Positions 27,101-36,501 of a DNA stretch of 64,000 nucleotides are shown here, piece by piece. The DNA is taken from contig JBAYUP010000001.1 in NCBI GenBank assembly GCA_041675045.1, positions 24,094-88,093 of the forward strand. The letters are read 5' to 3'. The notes beneath the pieces were generated by a model that was not told the DNA's origin, did no database searches, and was given only the letters and a program-made list of their open reading frames with translations. The position numbers were made by a program, and so were the translations under genes. Every line of letters starts with the position of its first letter. The stretch's first letter is position 1. This DNA comes from Minisyncoccota bacterium (GTDB lineage: Bacteria > Patescibacteriota > Minisyncoccia > Phycocordibacterales > UBA9973).

Positions 27101-28441
27101 TCTGCATCCCAAGAACAACCTGAGGCCCCAGCATTAGAAGAGGAAATAAATCGCATGGGTAGACCAGGGAAAATCCTACCGGGTGACTATATGGCAGACC
27201 AATCCCAAGAAGAATACATGGGCGAGACATCTGTAAATCAAACAGAAGTGTCAGCATCTACTTCTTCAGAAGCAAATCCGGCAGGTGAAGATGGTGGACT
27301 AGGAAGAGCAGAGAAGGGTCCTGGTAATGGAAAAGTATACATAGAGACACAAGAGGAGCCTAAAAATCCAATCAAATGGGAAAAGTATCGCGACCATAAA
27401 ATAATAACCGCTGATGATGTAAAAGGACGAAATGAAGTCATTGGTATTTCGCCAAACACAAACGACAGAGGGGTCACCTATCGTGATTGGAATCGTACGT
27501 TCGATAACCAAATCGTTGATCCAGAAGCTGACAATGTAAAATTTGGTTCATACAACCAATACGAAACAGAGCGAGAACTCCAGCTTCTTTTCGGTAAAGG
27601 TGAAAAAGTAGGCAATGAAGTACACATGACATATTTCCGCCATCAACCCGAATGGAAAACAGTTAGCAAAATTCCAGCCCGATACTTTTATAATGAAATC
27701 TTTGGTATGGAATATTTGAGCCATTACCCAAGAGAAATTTCTGATGCACAACTCAAAATACTCAAGGATGCGGGACTCATTAGAGAAGTTAATTTTGCAG
27801 ATCCAACAACAGGCACAGTGACACAATTAAAACAATTTACTCACCACGCAGAACTCGCTCGTCTTGCACAAGCATACAGACATATCAACCCAGACGAAGC
27901 ACAGCCATATCCAAATGAAACAATCGAAGACTACGTAGGTCGCCTTATGAAGAAAGTTCACCAAACACAGGATGGCTCATTCTTTGCACGCAAGCACGAT
28001 ATTAATTTTGATGAAGCAGGACAGAGCATGCAACAGCAAGCCCCAACACAACAAATGCCAGTCTATACTCCAGACAACCCTGGAATAATTTCGCCAACAC
28101 GCGGAATTTATAATACGGGAGGATCTTCACCTTCATACGGACCAAGTAATTATGGCCCATCCTACTACGGCCCACAGGGTAATTATAATCCTCAGTATGG
28201 TCCTCAGGGATTCAATACGGGATCGACACGAGGTGATGTGATTGTTGGAGGAGTAGGTGTAGCGCAAGTAGCACTCAATGAAGGAGTGAACGCAATAAAT
28301 GGAAATACTCAGACCGGCGGAGGAAAACGTATCCTCAACTCAGCAGTGCAAACAGGAGTCCAGATTGGAGTAAATGGAATCATGCGACAAATATTTGGAA
28401 ATGGAGGGGGATACTATGGCGGTGGTTCAAATTGGCAATAA
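24110..28441 (+). CDS. Giant hypothetical protein (1443 aa) with one central transmembrane segment and a C-terminal Gly/Tyr/Asn/Gln-rich low-complexity tail
   Basis: TM-like SIYVISGITARSVATTTLGAMTGPLVASIIGGA. Tail YGPSNYGPSYYGPQGNYNPQYGPQGF...GGGYYGGGSNWQ. Confidence 0.7.
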   Translation: MPSPLEELKSNPEHRSAKEQELKQSIESDSYHEDTLAKVRQLDISDELKKKDEIKFKTTKEELDKSFKKGTLVDENTLKRVFERIHLDEKDVEKVPELNNLNEEQAVLVAELASQDILANVKKLGQERFEKENKIDFSLNPKKWSPSVITKTWNKAWKSISISKSEKAVLRDVQHGQIKPDTEVIKRLVKKITDNDLKVIKKEGKSVIEFIEATNSSEKNKKIFDSYNAIANEFSRMPDAWRNEKAAKSTDRAFKTENHKKYNILKDRYAEATKSVVNAKTEEYKKQGLDEKEAAKKASIEMNRAGLKVSMLQFENTNPDAIAELDRIKNESSWGRLLWNKETSWRSIYVISGITARSVATTTLGAMTGPLVASIIGGARALRKANQKINTAFLEGRQMKSFVEMTSEERIKLRGGLTYDENGDIKKDEKGFVVLGSEGKGLLDNKNEKKGFLSKALDGKDVNTREVASFIDADSQINRLTNLKNKLESQEYLEKAKRTKRYEGDDGDLAIKEDLLFQIRNRIDYIDQKHKAGLINYGTKDPAGENYELLKLMGELELYTAPDLTIAPDGETEIEKVARLTLNKRIENHNNLLGKIVKEHEERFAEKRTDFATSEMLRGATIGATYSLIGLKIHDWFSEAPTVTQEIENTNEVTTPSDTPNTTTPATTPVTSEKTPPQWGSNKTENPAPAFEPIKTVGEIHKPIEVQLSSKGSIQTFLDLKEKLRLEYGKDLAHAPASVQHIMNTNATKLAEEFNMYNPTDVDESMMAPAGSKFIIDEKGNFSYQELGAKDATILEEGTSAKGTGEYKGKMFDYDKAKTLKVETAQNVGTSTPETPQTNTANIPSQTAETGAPTQGLHQNIDEIFPSDQEVRDGIARDHFRSLVNSHYENIQGEAWKNLPQADKNAEVWMGEKFGKVNVGQKADGTPTIGDFIEPSQNLGIDLKSVPVAEAIKTNATVASGIADLQKIARAQLGYDMVIDKNESTSSYIHRVFTALESASQEQPEAPALEEEINRMGRPGKILPGDYMADQSQEEYMGETSVNQTEVSASTSSEANPAGEDGGLGRAEKGPGNGKVYIETQEEPKNPIKWEKYRDHKIITADDVKGRNEVIGISPNTNDRGVTYRDWNRTFDNQIVDPEADNVKFGSYNQYETERELQLLFGKGEKVGNEVHMTYFRHQPEWKTVSKIPARYFYNEIFGMEYLSHYPREISDAQLKILKDAGLIREVNFADPTTGTVTQLKQFTHHAELARLAQAYRHINPDEAQPYPNETIEDYVGRLMKKVHQTQDGSFFARKHDINFDEAGQSMQQQAPTQQMPVYTPDNPGIISPTRGIYNTGGSSPSYGPSNYGPSYYGPQGNYNPQYGPQGFNTGSTRGDVIVGGVGVAQVALNEGVNAINGNTQTGGGKRILNSAVQTGVQIGVNGIMRQIFGNGGGYYGGGSNWQ

Positions 28442-28764
28442 TTATTTATCTTTATAAAAATATGTTTGATAGAATACACAAAATTGTTCTCTCTGCACTT
28501 GGAATCGCCTCACACACAGAAGCGGAACAAAAAAAGGTTCTTGAAAAAATAGGCCCGATGCTCTATCAGGCAATTATGACGCGTACGCTTCTCGAAATGG
28601 AAGAAGAGGACAAGAATACATTTACAGAAATGATGTCCAAAAATCCGAGCCCTGAAATTATGTTTACCTTTCTCACAGAAGCCTGCCCAGAAATAGATGA
28701 TATTGCAAAAGAAGAGGCAGCTCGAGCACGGGAAGAACATAAAAATATCTTAGCTGTCGCATAG
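28432..28764 (+). CDS. Small hypothetical protein (110 aa or shorter), overlaps the end of the giant gene
   Basis: ORF only; an alternative start lies at about 28462. Confidence 0.35.
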   Translation: MAIIIYLYKNMFDRIHKIVLSALGIASHTEAEQKKVLEKIGPMLYQAIMTRTLLEMEEEDKNTFTEMMSKNPSPEIMFTFLTEACPEIDDIAKEEAARAREEHKNILAVA

Positions 28765-28775
28765 ACACATAAAAA

Positions 28776-28803
28776 ACCGCAGGACAAGCCATGCGGTTTT
28801 TTG
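28776..28803. terminator. Bidirectional terminator ACCGCA-loop-TGCGGT with T-runs on both strands
   Basis: Lies between convergent genes. Confidence 0.6.
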
Positions 28804-28828
28804 TTGAATAAAAAGAGCGAGCGATGAA

Positions 28829-29437
28829 TTACTTTACTCCGCGAGCGTTTTTGAAGCTCGGAGGAATTTTTTCTTTCACCATTTGAAGGGTAGCATTTGC
28901 TTTCCCGTCAATAAAATAAGCTTTGGTCCCATTCTTGCAATTAAGATACAAAAAGGTTCCATCTGGAGTTAGAGCTAAAGGAAAATCTGCGATAATACCG
29001 GGAGTAAAAGGCTGAGTGTTAATTTGGTAACCGGTTAATTCATACGTTTTTGTTTCTACATCAAGAGTAAAACAAAGAACGGGAATACTGTCGCCAGCAT
29101 CAAACTTAACCCACACGTTGTCACCATCCAACCCAATAATTTGTCCATACACATCAGATCCAATGGTGAAGTGAGCAAAATTACCTTCCTGTAAACGATT
29201 TTCCTTAAAGGAAACAATGTTTGTCTTTGCTGGTGGAGCGATAAGCTCAACCTGCTTTGACACACGGAATCCAGCACCAAGGGCTTTCAATTCTGCGTCT
29301 GTAAATTTATCGCGATAGTCCTTAATAAAGTCCTCTACGATAAAGTCTCTGGAAACACTTTTGCTGTGACCAGTGCGATACGATCGGCAAGATATGCAAA
29401 ACGTGCATATCACTGCCAAAATGATGATATTTTTCAT
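28829..29437 (-). CDS. Putative lipoprotein (202 aa)
   Basis: Signal peptide ending in a lipobox-like ...FCISC; mature region rich in beta structure. Confidence 0.55.
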   Translation of the reverse strand: MKNIIILAVICTFCISCRSYRTGHSKSVSRDFIVEDFIKDYRDKFTDAELKALGAGFRVSKQVELIAPPAKTNIVSFKENRLQEGNFAHFTIGSDVYGQIIGLDGDNVWVKFDAGDSIPVLCFTLDVETKTYELTGYQINTQPFTPGIIADFPLALTPDGTFLYLNCKNGTKAYFIDGKANATLQMVKEKIPPSFKNARGVK

Positions 29438-29518
29438 TTACTTATAATTTTTTCGAATTTTGTAATATTATATACCTTTTTTGTCTTTTTGTCAAGGTCA
29501 AAAGACCTTGTAAAACCG

Positions 29519-29527
29519 TGCTATTAT
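29519..29527 (+). promoter_or_regulatory. Extended -10 TGcTATTAT ending 8 nt before the pcrA ATG (leaderless-type promoter)
   Basis: Preceded by the hairpin CAAGGTC-AAAA-GACCTTG at 29494-29511. Confidence 0.45.
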
Positions 29528-29535
29528 AGGGTGAT

Positions 29536-31467
29536 ATGGACTATTTAGAATCTTTAAATAACAAGCAAAAAGAGGCAGTTTTATACACCGATGGTCCACT
29601 TCTCATAGTTGCGGGGGCAGGGGCAGGAAAAACCAAGACAATTACTCACCGAATTATCCATCTTATCCACCAAGGAGTCGCCCCAGAATCAATACTCGCA
29701 GTAACCTTTACAAATAAAGCGTCAAAAGAAATGCGAGAACGGGTGCTCGCTCTTCTCGACAAGCCAATCCACGGCGGGCCAGTCTATGGAATGGGTAAGG
29801 GGATTCCATTTGTTTCAACTTTTCACTCGCTCGGTGTGAATATCATTAAAGAACACGCGCACCTCTTAGGCCTAACCAAACACTTCGCAATTGCAGATGA
29901 ACACGATGCGCTCGTTATCATCAAAGATGCGATGAAGGCACGCGACATCGACCCGAAACAATATGAACCGCGAAAAATAAAAAGTATTATTTCAAAAGCA
30001 AAAGGAGACTTTGTTACTGTTGATGCATTCAGTGCGAGCGTCTCAAGCGCACTACAATCAGTTGTTGCGACAATCTGGCGTGAATACGAGCGCGCACTCA
30101 AAGCTGAAAAAGCACTCGATTTTGATGACCTTCTTCTTGAAACAGTTATTCTTCTAAAAAAATATCCAGAGATAAAACATGCATACCAAGAACGGTGGAA
30201 ATATATCCACATCGATGAGTATCAAGATACCAATGAAGTCCAATATGAGCTCGTGAAATTACTCGTAAACAAGAATGAGAATCTCTGTGTTGTTGGTGAC
30301 ACTGATCAAAATATTTATAGTTGGCGTGGTGCAAATATCAAGAACATGCTCCACTTTGAAAAAGATTACCCTAATGCAAAAATAATTCTACTTGAGCAAA
30401 ACTACCGCTCAACAAAAAATATTATCGAAGCAGCAAATAGTATCATTGAGAAAAATCAGTACCGTGTGCCAAAAAATCTTTTCACAGAAAATGCCATTGG
30501 GGAACATATCACAATATATGAAGCGTACGACGAATCTCATGAGGCCGAATTTGTTGCTGATACAATCACAGAACTCCTTCGTGAAAATGATGTTGAGGAT
30601 ATTGCGATTCTCTATCGTGCGAACTTCCAATCACGTGCCCTCGAAGAAGCATTACTCGCAAAACAAATTCCGTATCAAGTGCTTGGTGTAAAATTCTTTG
30701 AACGAAAAGAAATCAAAGATGTGCTTTCCTATATCCGTGCATCGCTCAATCGTGAGAGTTTGTCTGATATTAAACGTATTATCAATATCCCAGCGCGTGG
30801 TATTGGCAAAGTAACCCTTGTAAAGCTTTTTGCAAATCAATTCTCTGATTTACCAGCAGGCATGCAAAACAAAATATCATTATTCTATAAGCTTTTAGAT
30901 GATATTAATGAATATTCGATTACTCATCTTCCGTCAGAGATAATTAAATACGTCATCGATAAAAGTGGACTAGAACAAGAACTTACACACGGCACAACAG
31001 ACGAACAGGAGCGCCTAGAAAACATAAAAGAGTTAGTAACACTTGCGACAAAATACGACACGATGCCACAAGGCGACGGTCTCGAAAAATTACTCGAAGA
31101 TGCATCTCTTGCAAGCGATCAAGATTCACTTATTCACGAAAAGAGAAATGGTGTTCGATTAATGACCGTACACGCATCAAAAGGACTTGAATTTAAATAT
31201 GTATTCATCACAGGACTTGAGCAGGATTTATTCCCGCACTCACGTGGTGGGTCAAAAAAAGAAGACCAAGAAGAAGAGCGTCGACTTTTCTATGTAGCTC
31301 TTACGAGAGCAGAACATAAATTGTATATCTCATACGCACAACTTCGGACTATCTTTGGAATGAAACAAGTAACAACGCCGAGTGAATTTCTGGCAGATAT
31401 TCCTGACCATCTCACAGAATTCGAACAAGGTCGCGCACGTAACGGAGAACGAATCGTCTACATTTAA
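29536..31467 (+). CDS. pcrA: ATP-dependent DNA helicase, UvrD/PcrA/Rep family (SF1)
   Basis: Motif I AGAGAGKTKTITHRI, motif II IHIDEYQDTN, motifs III-VI present (VGDTDQNIYSWRGA, ...VHASKGLEF.., LFYVALTRA). Confidence 0.9.
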   Translation: MDYLESLNNKQKEAVLYTDGPLLIVAGAGAGKTKTITHRIIHLIHQGVAPESILAVTFTNKASKEMRERVLALLDKPIHGGPVYGMGKGIPFVSTFHSLGVNIIKEHAHLLGLTKHFAIADEHDALVIIKDAMKARDIDPKQYEPRKIKSIISKAKGDFVTVDAFSASVSSALQSVVATIWREYERALKAEKALDFDDLLLETVILLKKYPEIKHAYQERWKYIHIDEYQDTNEVQYELVKLLVNKNENLCVVGDTDQNIYSWRGANIKNMLHFEKDYPNAKIILLEQNYRSTKNIIEAANSIIEKNQYRVPKNLFTENAIGEHITIYEAYDESHEAEFVADTITELLRENDVEDIAILYRANFQSRALEEALLAKQIPYQVLGVKFFERKEIKDVLSYIRASLNRESLSDIKRIINIPARGIGKVTLVKLFANQFSDLPAGMQNKISLFYKLLDDINEYSITHLPSEIIKYVIDKSGLEQELTHGTTDEQERLENIKELVTLATKYDTMPQGDGLEKLLEDASLASDQDSLIHEKRNGVRLMTVHASKGLEFKYVFITGLEQDLFPHSRGGSKKEDQEEERRLFYVALTRAEHKLYISYAQLRTIFGMKQVTTPSEFLADIPDHLTEFEQGRARNGERIVYI

Positions 31468-31469
31468 TT

Positions 31470-32339
31470 ATGAACCATCGAGCAAAAAAATCTTTTGAGC
31501 TAAAACCATTTCAAAAAAGAAATGGTTCGCCCGAACTTTCTTTTAGAAAAAAGAAAGCTTTAGGGCAAAATTTTCTTAAATCAAAAGAAGCTCTTTTGAT
31601 GATGTGTAGTGCTGGAGATGTAGGGGAGAACGACACGATTGTTGAAATTGGTCCCGGTAAAGGAGCACTAACAGAAAAGGTACTTGAACGAGCGGACAAG
31701 GTGATTGCTGTTGAAAAAGACCGTGACCTTATTCCGATTCTGTCGGAACGATTTGATGCTGAACTCATAGAGGAAAAATTGTTACTTGTAGAAGAGGATA
31801 TCCTTACATTCAATCCTAAAAGCCACGGATTAAAAGCTCGTGGATATAAAATTATTGCAAACATTCCTTACAACATAACGGGTGCGATTATCAAACGATT
31901 TCTTTCTGAAACAATTCAGCCGGAGCGAATGGTGCTTTTGGTTCAGAAAGAGGTAGCGGAACGAATCGTCGCCCGTGACGGCAAAGAAAGTATCCTGTCG
32001 CTTTCAGTTAAGGCATATGGTACACCGACATATAAAATGAAAGTAGGGAAGCGATTTTTCTCACCAGCACCAAAGGTGGATTCAGCTATTATTGCAATAA
32101 CATCGATAAATAAAGACAATTTTAAAAACACACACGACGAGGAGTGGTTTTTTACCATAATAAAAGCTGGTTTTGCCCATAAACGGAAAGTTCTCCGCAA
32201 AAATCTTGAAGAAGTTGCTCTGCTTTCTGATATTGATAAGGCCTTTGCAAACCTTGAAATTGATGAGCGGACACGTGCCGAGGACATCAATTTTCCTACA
32301 TGGCTCGAACTAGCCAAACTTCTCAACAAAAACATATAG
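31470..32339 (+). CDS. rsmA: 16S rRNA (adenine1518/1519-N6)-dimethyltransferase RsmA/KsgA
   Basis: GQNFL motif, SAM-binding VEIGPGKGALT, and the NIPYNIT motif. Confidence 0.9.
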   Translation: MNHRAKKSFELKPFQKRNGSPELSFRKKKALGQNFLKSKEALLMMCSAGDVGENDTIVEIGPGKGALTEKVLERADKVIAVEKDRDLIPILSERFDAELIEEKLLLVEEDILTFNPKSHGLKARGYKIIANIPYNITGAIIKRFLSETIQPERMVLLVQKEVAERIVARDGKESILSLSVKAYGTPTYKMKVGKRFFSPAPKVDSAIIAITSINKDNFKNTHDEEWFFTIIKAGFAHKRKVLRKNLEEVALLSDIDKAFANLEIDERTRAEDINFPTWLELAKLLNKNI

Positions 32340-32372
32340 GATAATCGAAATGGAAATTGTATACTATATGGT

Positions 32373-32822
32373 ATGAAGCATATTTTCCCTCTTTTTTCAC
32401 TTTTGTTTTCTTTTTTTATATTAATAATTACCCCAGCCAATACTCAAGCGGCAACACCTTCGCTATCTAAAAGCTTTGGGGGGAGAGTGTATCTCGCACC
32501 TATCCCAGGGATTACATGCAATGGAGCGGGAAGACTCATGCTTCTCAGTAGTAATGCGAACTCGATTTTAAGTACCGTTGGGTCACAAGGATCGATGAGC
32601 TCATCTGAAGCAAAGGGATTTGTTAAAAATCTTCATGGGGCACTACCAATATATGCGAGTAACCCACAAAAATCGCCAACGCCAGGCGGACAAATTCTAG
32701 GAAGAAAAAGTATTATCCCTGACATGCAAACATGCTACATACCAACTCCGGCAGGCCCTGTGTATATCCCTATACTAAAGACAGCTCCACTCACTAATTC
32801 AAATTACCAAGTTTCGCGTTAA
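32373..32822 (+). CDS. Secreted hypothetical protein (149 aa); first gene of the T4SS-like cluster
   Basis: Signal peptide MKHIFPLFSLLFSFFILIITPANTQA. An extended -10-like TGTATACTAT ends 8 nt before the ATG. Confidence 0.5.
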   Translation: MKHIFPLFSLLFSFFILIITPANTQAATPSLSKSFGGRVYLAPIPGITCNGAGRLMLLSSNANSILSTVGSQGSMSSSEAKGFVKNLHGALPIYASNPQKSPTPGGQILGRKSIIPDMQTCYIPTPAGPVYIPILKTAPLTNSNYQVSR

Positions 32823-32827
32823 TCTGT

Positions 32828-33721
32828 ATGCGTTTAAAAATTAAACGAGAATATCTACCGAGTGACGAATTCATAGCGAGAATTATTATTCTCGCGGTTG
32901 TTATTGGAATTCTCGTTGGACTCTATTATCTTGGTGGTTTTGTTATTAAGAAAATAAAAACGAGACAGTCAAAAGTAAACATCGCTGAACTTGTGACAAA
33001 AGACTCTAATAGAAATGATATCCCTGATTGGGAAGAATCATTGTGGGGACTCGATCCCACAAAAAATGGGGCGAAAAATAAAGAAATCATCACAGAAAAA
33101 AAGAAAGCCCTCGCGGAAGGTATTGATGGTGCAGGGAAGCCACTTACAGAAAGCGATAAAATGGCACGAGAGTTCTTTGCCCTTGTAACGTCTCTTCAAG
33201 AAAGTGGTAATTTAAATGAGGAATCCATTGGCCTTATTGCAGATGCTATTAGTGAAAAAGCTGTGGCAATACCAATCCCTAATATCTACACAAGTGATTC
33301 AATCAAAACAACGGCTACAAATTTAACATCAATAAAGACCTTCTATACTGCATTTAAAAAACTGGGGACAGCATACAATGACAGGGATATTGGAGAAGAG
33401 CTTATTTTTATCGCTCAAGGTGCCGATAACAATGACACTCAAGCTCTCTATGCAGCAAAAACAATCGCACAATCATACAAATCATTCGCCGAAGAACTAG
33501 TAAGAATCCCAGCAGTACCAACATCTCTTGCAAATCTTGTTGTTGAATTAGCGAATAATTACTACAAAACAGGTGCTTCAATAGAAGAAATGACGAAACT
33601 TGCCGACGATGAACTCGCTGGAATGAGAGGCCTCGTAAACTACAACCAATATTCAATAGCACTTGTTAAAAACCTAGAAACAATGAGAACTTTTTTCATC
33701 AGAAATGGTATACTAAAATAA
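32828..33721 (+). CDS. Membrane-anchored hypothetical protein (297 aa)
   Basis: N-terminal transmembrane helix IARIIILAVVIGILVGLYYLGGFVI. Confidence 0.5.
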   Translation: MRLKIKREYLPSDEFIARIIILAVVIGILVGLYYLGGFVIKKIKTRQSKVNIAELVTKDSNRNDIPDWEESLWGLDPTKNGAKNKEIITEKKKALAEGIDGAGKPLTESDKMAREFFALVTSLQESGNLNEESIGLIADAISEKAVAIPIPNIYTSDSIKTTATNLTSIKTFYTAFKKLGTAYNDRDIGEELIFIAQGADNNDTQALYAAKTIAQSYKSFAEELVRIPAVPTSLANLVVELANNYYKTGASIEEMTKLADDELAGMRGLVNYNQYSIALVKNLETMRTFFIRNGILK

Positions 33722-33728
33722 CATTAGC

Positions 33729-36500
33729 ATGAGAAAACACTTTGCCCACAACATCAAAGCATCGTTCACACTATGCACTCTAGTTGTTTTATTTCTCAAT
33801 ATCTCAATCGTGGAAGGAGCAACAGAAGCAGTGGATCCTCGAAAGGGAATTTATGTTGATGATTCATCTTTGTACAGAGCAAATTCAAAAAATATTGCTG
33901 ACTCAGGATTATTTACGACAGTCCCTGGGTGTAACAATATTGGAAATAAAGTACAGAAATCTATTGGTGGTATCTTAAACAACGACCCGACGAGTTTCGT
34001 GACTCTTGCTGATTCTATTGGAGACCTTACAGGAGATAATGTTACCACACAAGATATGGCAGCGAATTCTGCACTTAAGGATATTCTTAATTCTACAAAA
34101 GAAGACCAATTCCGTAGTGAATGTATGGACGGCATTGGATACCAACTCGCAAAAAAACAACTTGCGAGTATTACAAACAAAATTATCAGCGGGGCAGTAG
34201 TTGGAAATAATGGTGATTCAATGTTTAAAGATGAATCATCACTCCTAGAGAGTATTCAAAATAAAGAAATTTCACGCGTAGCAAAAACATTCGGCACATC
34301 TACAGACACGAATGCCTATCCATTTGGAAAAGAATATTCACGTGGACTCATCACTTCTACACGAGCCCAAAATAATTTTGAGGAATCAATGAAATCAGAT
34401 CTTTCTCAATATGGTGGAATACAGGGAGCTTCTAAAAATTTTAATTGGGATAAGTGGATGAATATTACTCAGAATGTTCAGAATAATTATCTCGGACACA
34501 CTGTTGCTGTCAGTCAGCATCTTACAGATTCAATAAATCAAAAAACTCAAGTCCAACGTGATGAATTAAATCAAAACAGTGGTTTTCTCTCACAAAAAAA
34601 ATGTGTTGAGTATTATCCTTCGACATCAAGTGGCACTATTGCCCCTGGAGGTGGGACATACAATACAGGACAAGGTGCATGTAAAAGATGGCAAGTGCTC
34701 ACACCAGGAAGTATTATTGCACAACAACTATTTGCTGTAGTGACTTCTCCTATTCGCCAACTCGAACTTGCTGATGGTGTCAACGAAACATTAAGTGGAG
34801 TATTCAATAAACTTGTTAATAAACTCGGGCTTCAGGGGTTATTCGGTGTTTCCTCATTTGCAACACGACAGGGTAGCTACACCGTAGGGGGAGATAGTAT
34901 TAGTTCATCATTCGGCTCATCAACTGGATTTGGTTTTGGATCAAGTTTCGGTAGCAGTACAGGTGACGGTGATGCAATTATCTCAGTCAACAGAGGTAAT
35001 GGATGGTACGAAGGAGATGAACCGTTTGACCTCACAAAAGACCTCGGCAACACCTACCTTCGTGAAAAACCAAAATACCTTGGCACATGGAACGCCTCAA
35101 CAAACAAGACAACCCCAACAGCAGAATCAGGAGAAGAAGCTACATCTCTTGCGCCAGGGATTGGAATAAAAAACACATATTATGTTGTCTCAACTGGAGG
35201 TAATACTGAAATAAACATCCCCGAAACTTGTTTTCCTGTTTTGTACGCAGACGGATCAACATCACAATGCTGGAAGCGAGGGAATATCCTTATTTTTGAT
35301 GGGGAAAGATGGCTCAAAGCTCATTATTTTAACGGGAGAAACGATGGTAGTGGATTCAAGGTAATCCCAGGCGAAAACGGAGAAGCAGAAAGTACTCTTG
35401 TTGATTTACTCAAAAGCCCACGACTTAAAATAATCGACAAAAAAGGTGTCATTCAGACACAGTACGATTATCTAAAGGCGATTAAAGCATCAATGCGAGA
35501 ATTACCTAATATCATGCCAGCTCTTGGTGAACTTGATTATTGCATTCCAGGACCAAACCCAAGCTGGTACGAGAGTGCGGAACTGGCGGGGGAAGCACTT
35601 AGTGGATACATTAGCAAGATACAAATTGACCCGAACACTCTTCAGATTATTGGCCCACCACCTGCACAATACAAAACACAATATTTTGGCTCGAAGCCAT
35701 GGAAACAATTAAATCCAAAGAAATTTGAAACACTCTTTCAAAACTATTTCGGTGTTGACCCTAATCAATTTGCCTCAACATTCATGAACTCAATTATGAG
35801 CACCACAGCTAGTGGTAATACTGGATTCAGTGGTAACATTGTGGGCGACATTGTAGGGGGACTTTTAGGAACTAATAATAGTAGCGGGCCAAGTCCATCA
35901 GAAATTGCATTTCAACAGGCATACGCAGAAGCACAAGAAATCCTTGAAGCAGAAAAAGAAGCAGCAATTACAATTATTGGAAATCAATTACAATCATACA
36001 AAGGAGCATCAGACGCAATCTATGGACAGGGTGGTGTTATGACAACAGAGCTTCTCATCAACCCCGACACAGAAGAAGCAACAGAAAATCCAAACTATCT
36101 CCCAATGGCGCAAGCAGGCATGGCACTTACGAGAGATATTCGTCTCTATGATGTAAATATTGATGAGGCAACACAAGACTACAAAGACCTCATTGATGAG
36201 AGTGTTGCAAATATTTACAAACTTAATCTTATTAAAACGAAAGTTGATAAGATTGTAAAAGCAGCTCAAGCACGTCGCTCAAAAGAACTTCCTGCTAACA
36301 CAATCCCAGACGATTGTTTGATGTATGAACAAATTAGTTATATTAATGGAGGGATAACAACAGGCGACCTAAACACAATAAATGGCGACTTAAGTGGTGG
36401 TGGAACAGGAGGAGGAGTCACAGGTGTGGGAGGTGGGGTAATTTATACTAATGGAACAGGAGGGGTAACAGGAGCTGGGGCTGGAGTAGGAGGACAATAA
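33729..36500 (+). CDS. Large secreted hypothetical protein (923 aa) with a Gly-rich C-terminal tail
   Basis: Signal peptide. C-terminus GGGTGGGVTGVGGGVIYTNGTGGVTGAGAGVGGQ. Confidence 0.6.
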   Translation: MRKHFAHNIKASFTLCTLVVLFLNISIVEGATEAVDPRKGIYVDDSSLYRANSKNIADSGLFTTVPGCNNIGNKVQKSIGGILNNDPTSFVTLADSIGDLTGDNVTTQDMAANSALKDILNSTKEDQFRSECMDGIGYQLAKKQLASITNKIISGAVVGNNGDSMFKDESSLLESIQNKEISRVAKTFGTSTDTNAYPFGKEYSRGLITSTRAQNNFEESMKSDLSQYGGIQGASKNFNWDKWMNITQNVQNNYLGHTVAVSQHLTDSINQKTQVQRDELNQNSGFLSQKKCVEYYPSTSSGTIAPGGGTYNTGQGACKRWQVLTPGSIIAQQLFAVVTSPIRQLELADGVNETLSGVFNKLVNKLGLQGLFGVSSFATRQGSYTVGGDSISSSFGSSTGFGFGSSFGSSTGDGDAIISVNRGNGWYEGDEPFDLTKDLGNTYLREKPKYLGTWNASTNKTTPTAESGEEATSLAPGIGIKNTYYVVSTGGNTEINIPETCFPVLYADGSTSQCWKRGNILIFDGERWLKAHYFNGRNDGSGFKVIPGENGEAESTLVDLLKSPRLKIIDKKGVIQTQYDYLKAIKASMRELPNIMPALGELDYCIPGPNPSWYESAELAGEALSGYISKIQIDPNTLQIIGPPPAQYKTQYFGSKPWKQLNPKKFETLFQNYFGVDPNQFASTFMNSIMSTTASGNTGFSGNIVGDIVGGLLGTNNSSGPSPSEIAFQQAYAEAQEILEAEKEAAITIIGNQLQSYKGASDAIYGQGGVMTTELLINPDTEEATENPNYLPMAQAGMALTRDIRLYDVNIDEATQDYKDLIDESVANIYKLNLIKTKVDKIVKAAQARRSKELPANTIPDDCLMYEQISYINGGITTGDLNTINGDLSGGGTGGGVTGVGGGVIYTNGTGGVTGAGAGVGGQ

Positions 36501-36501
36501 A

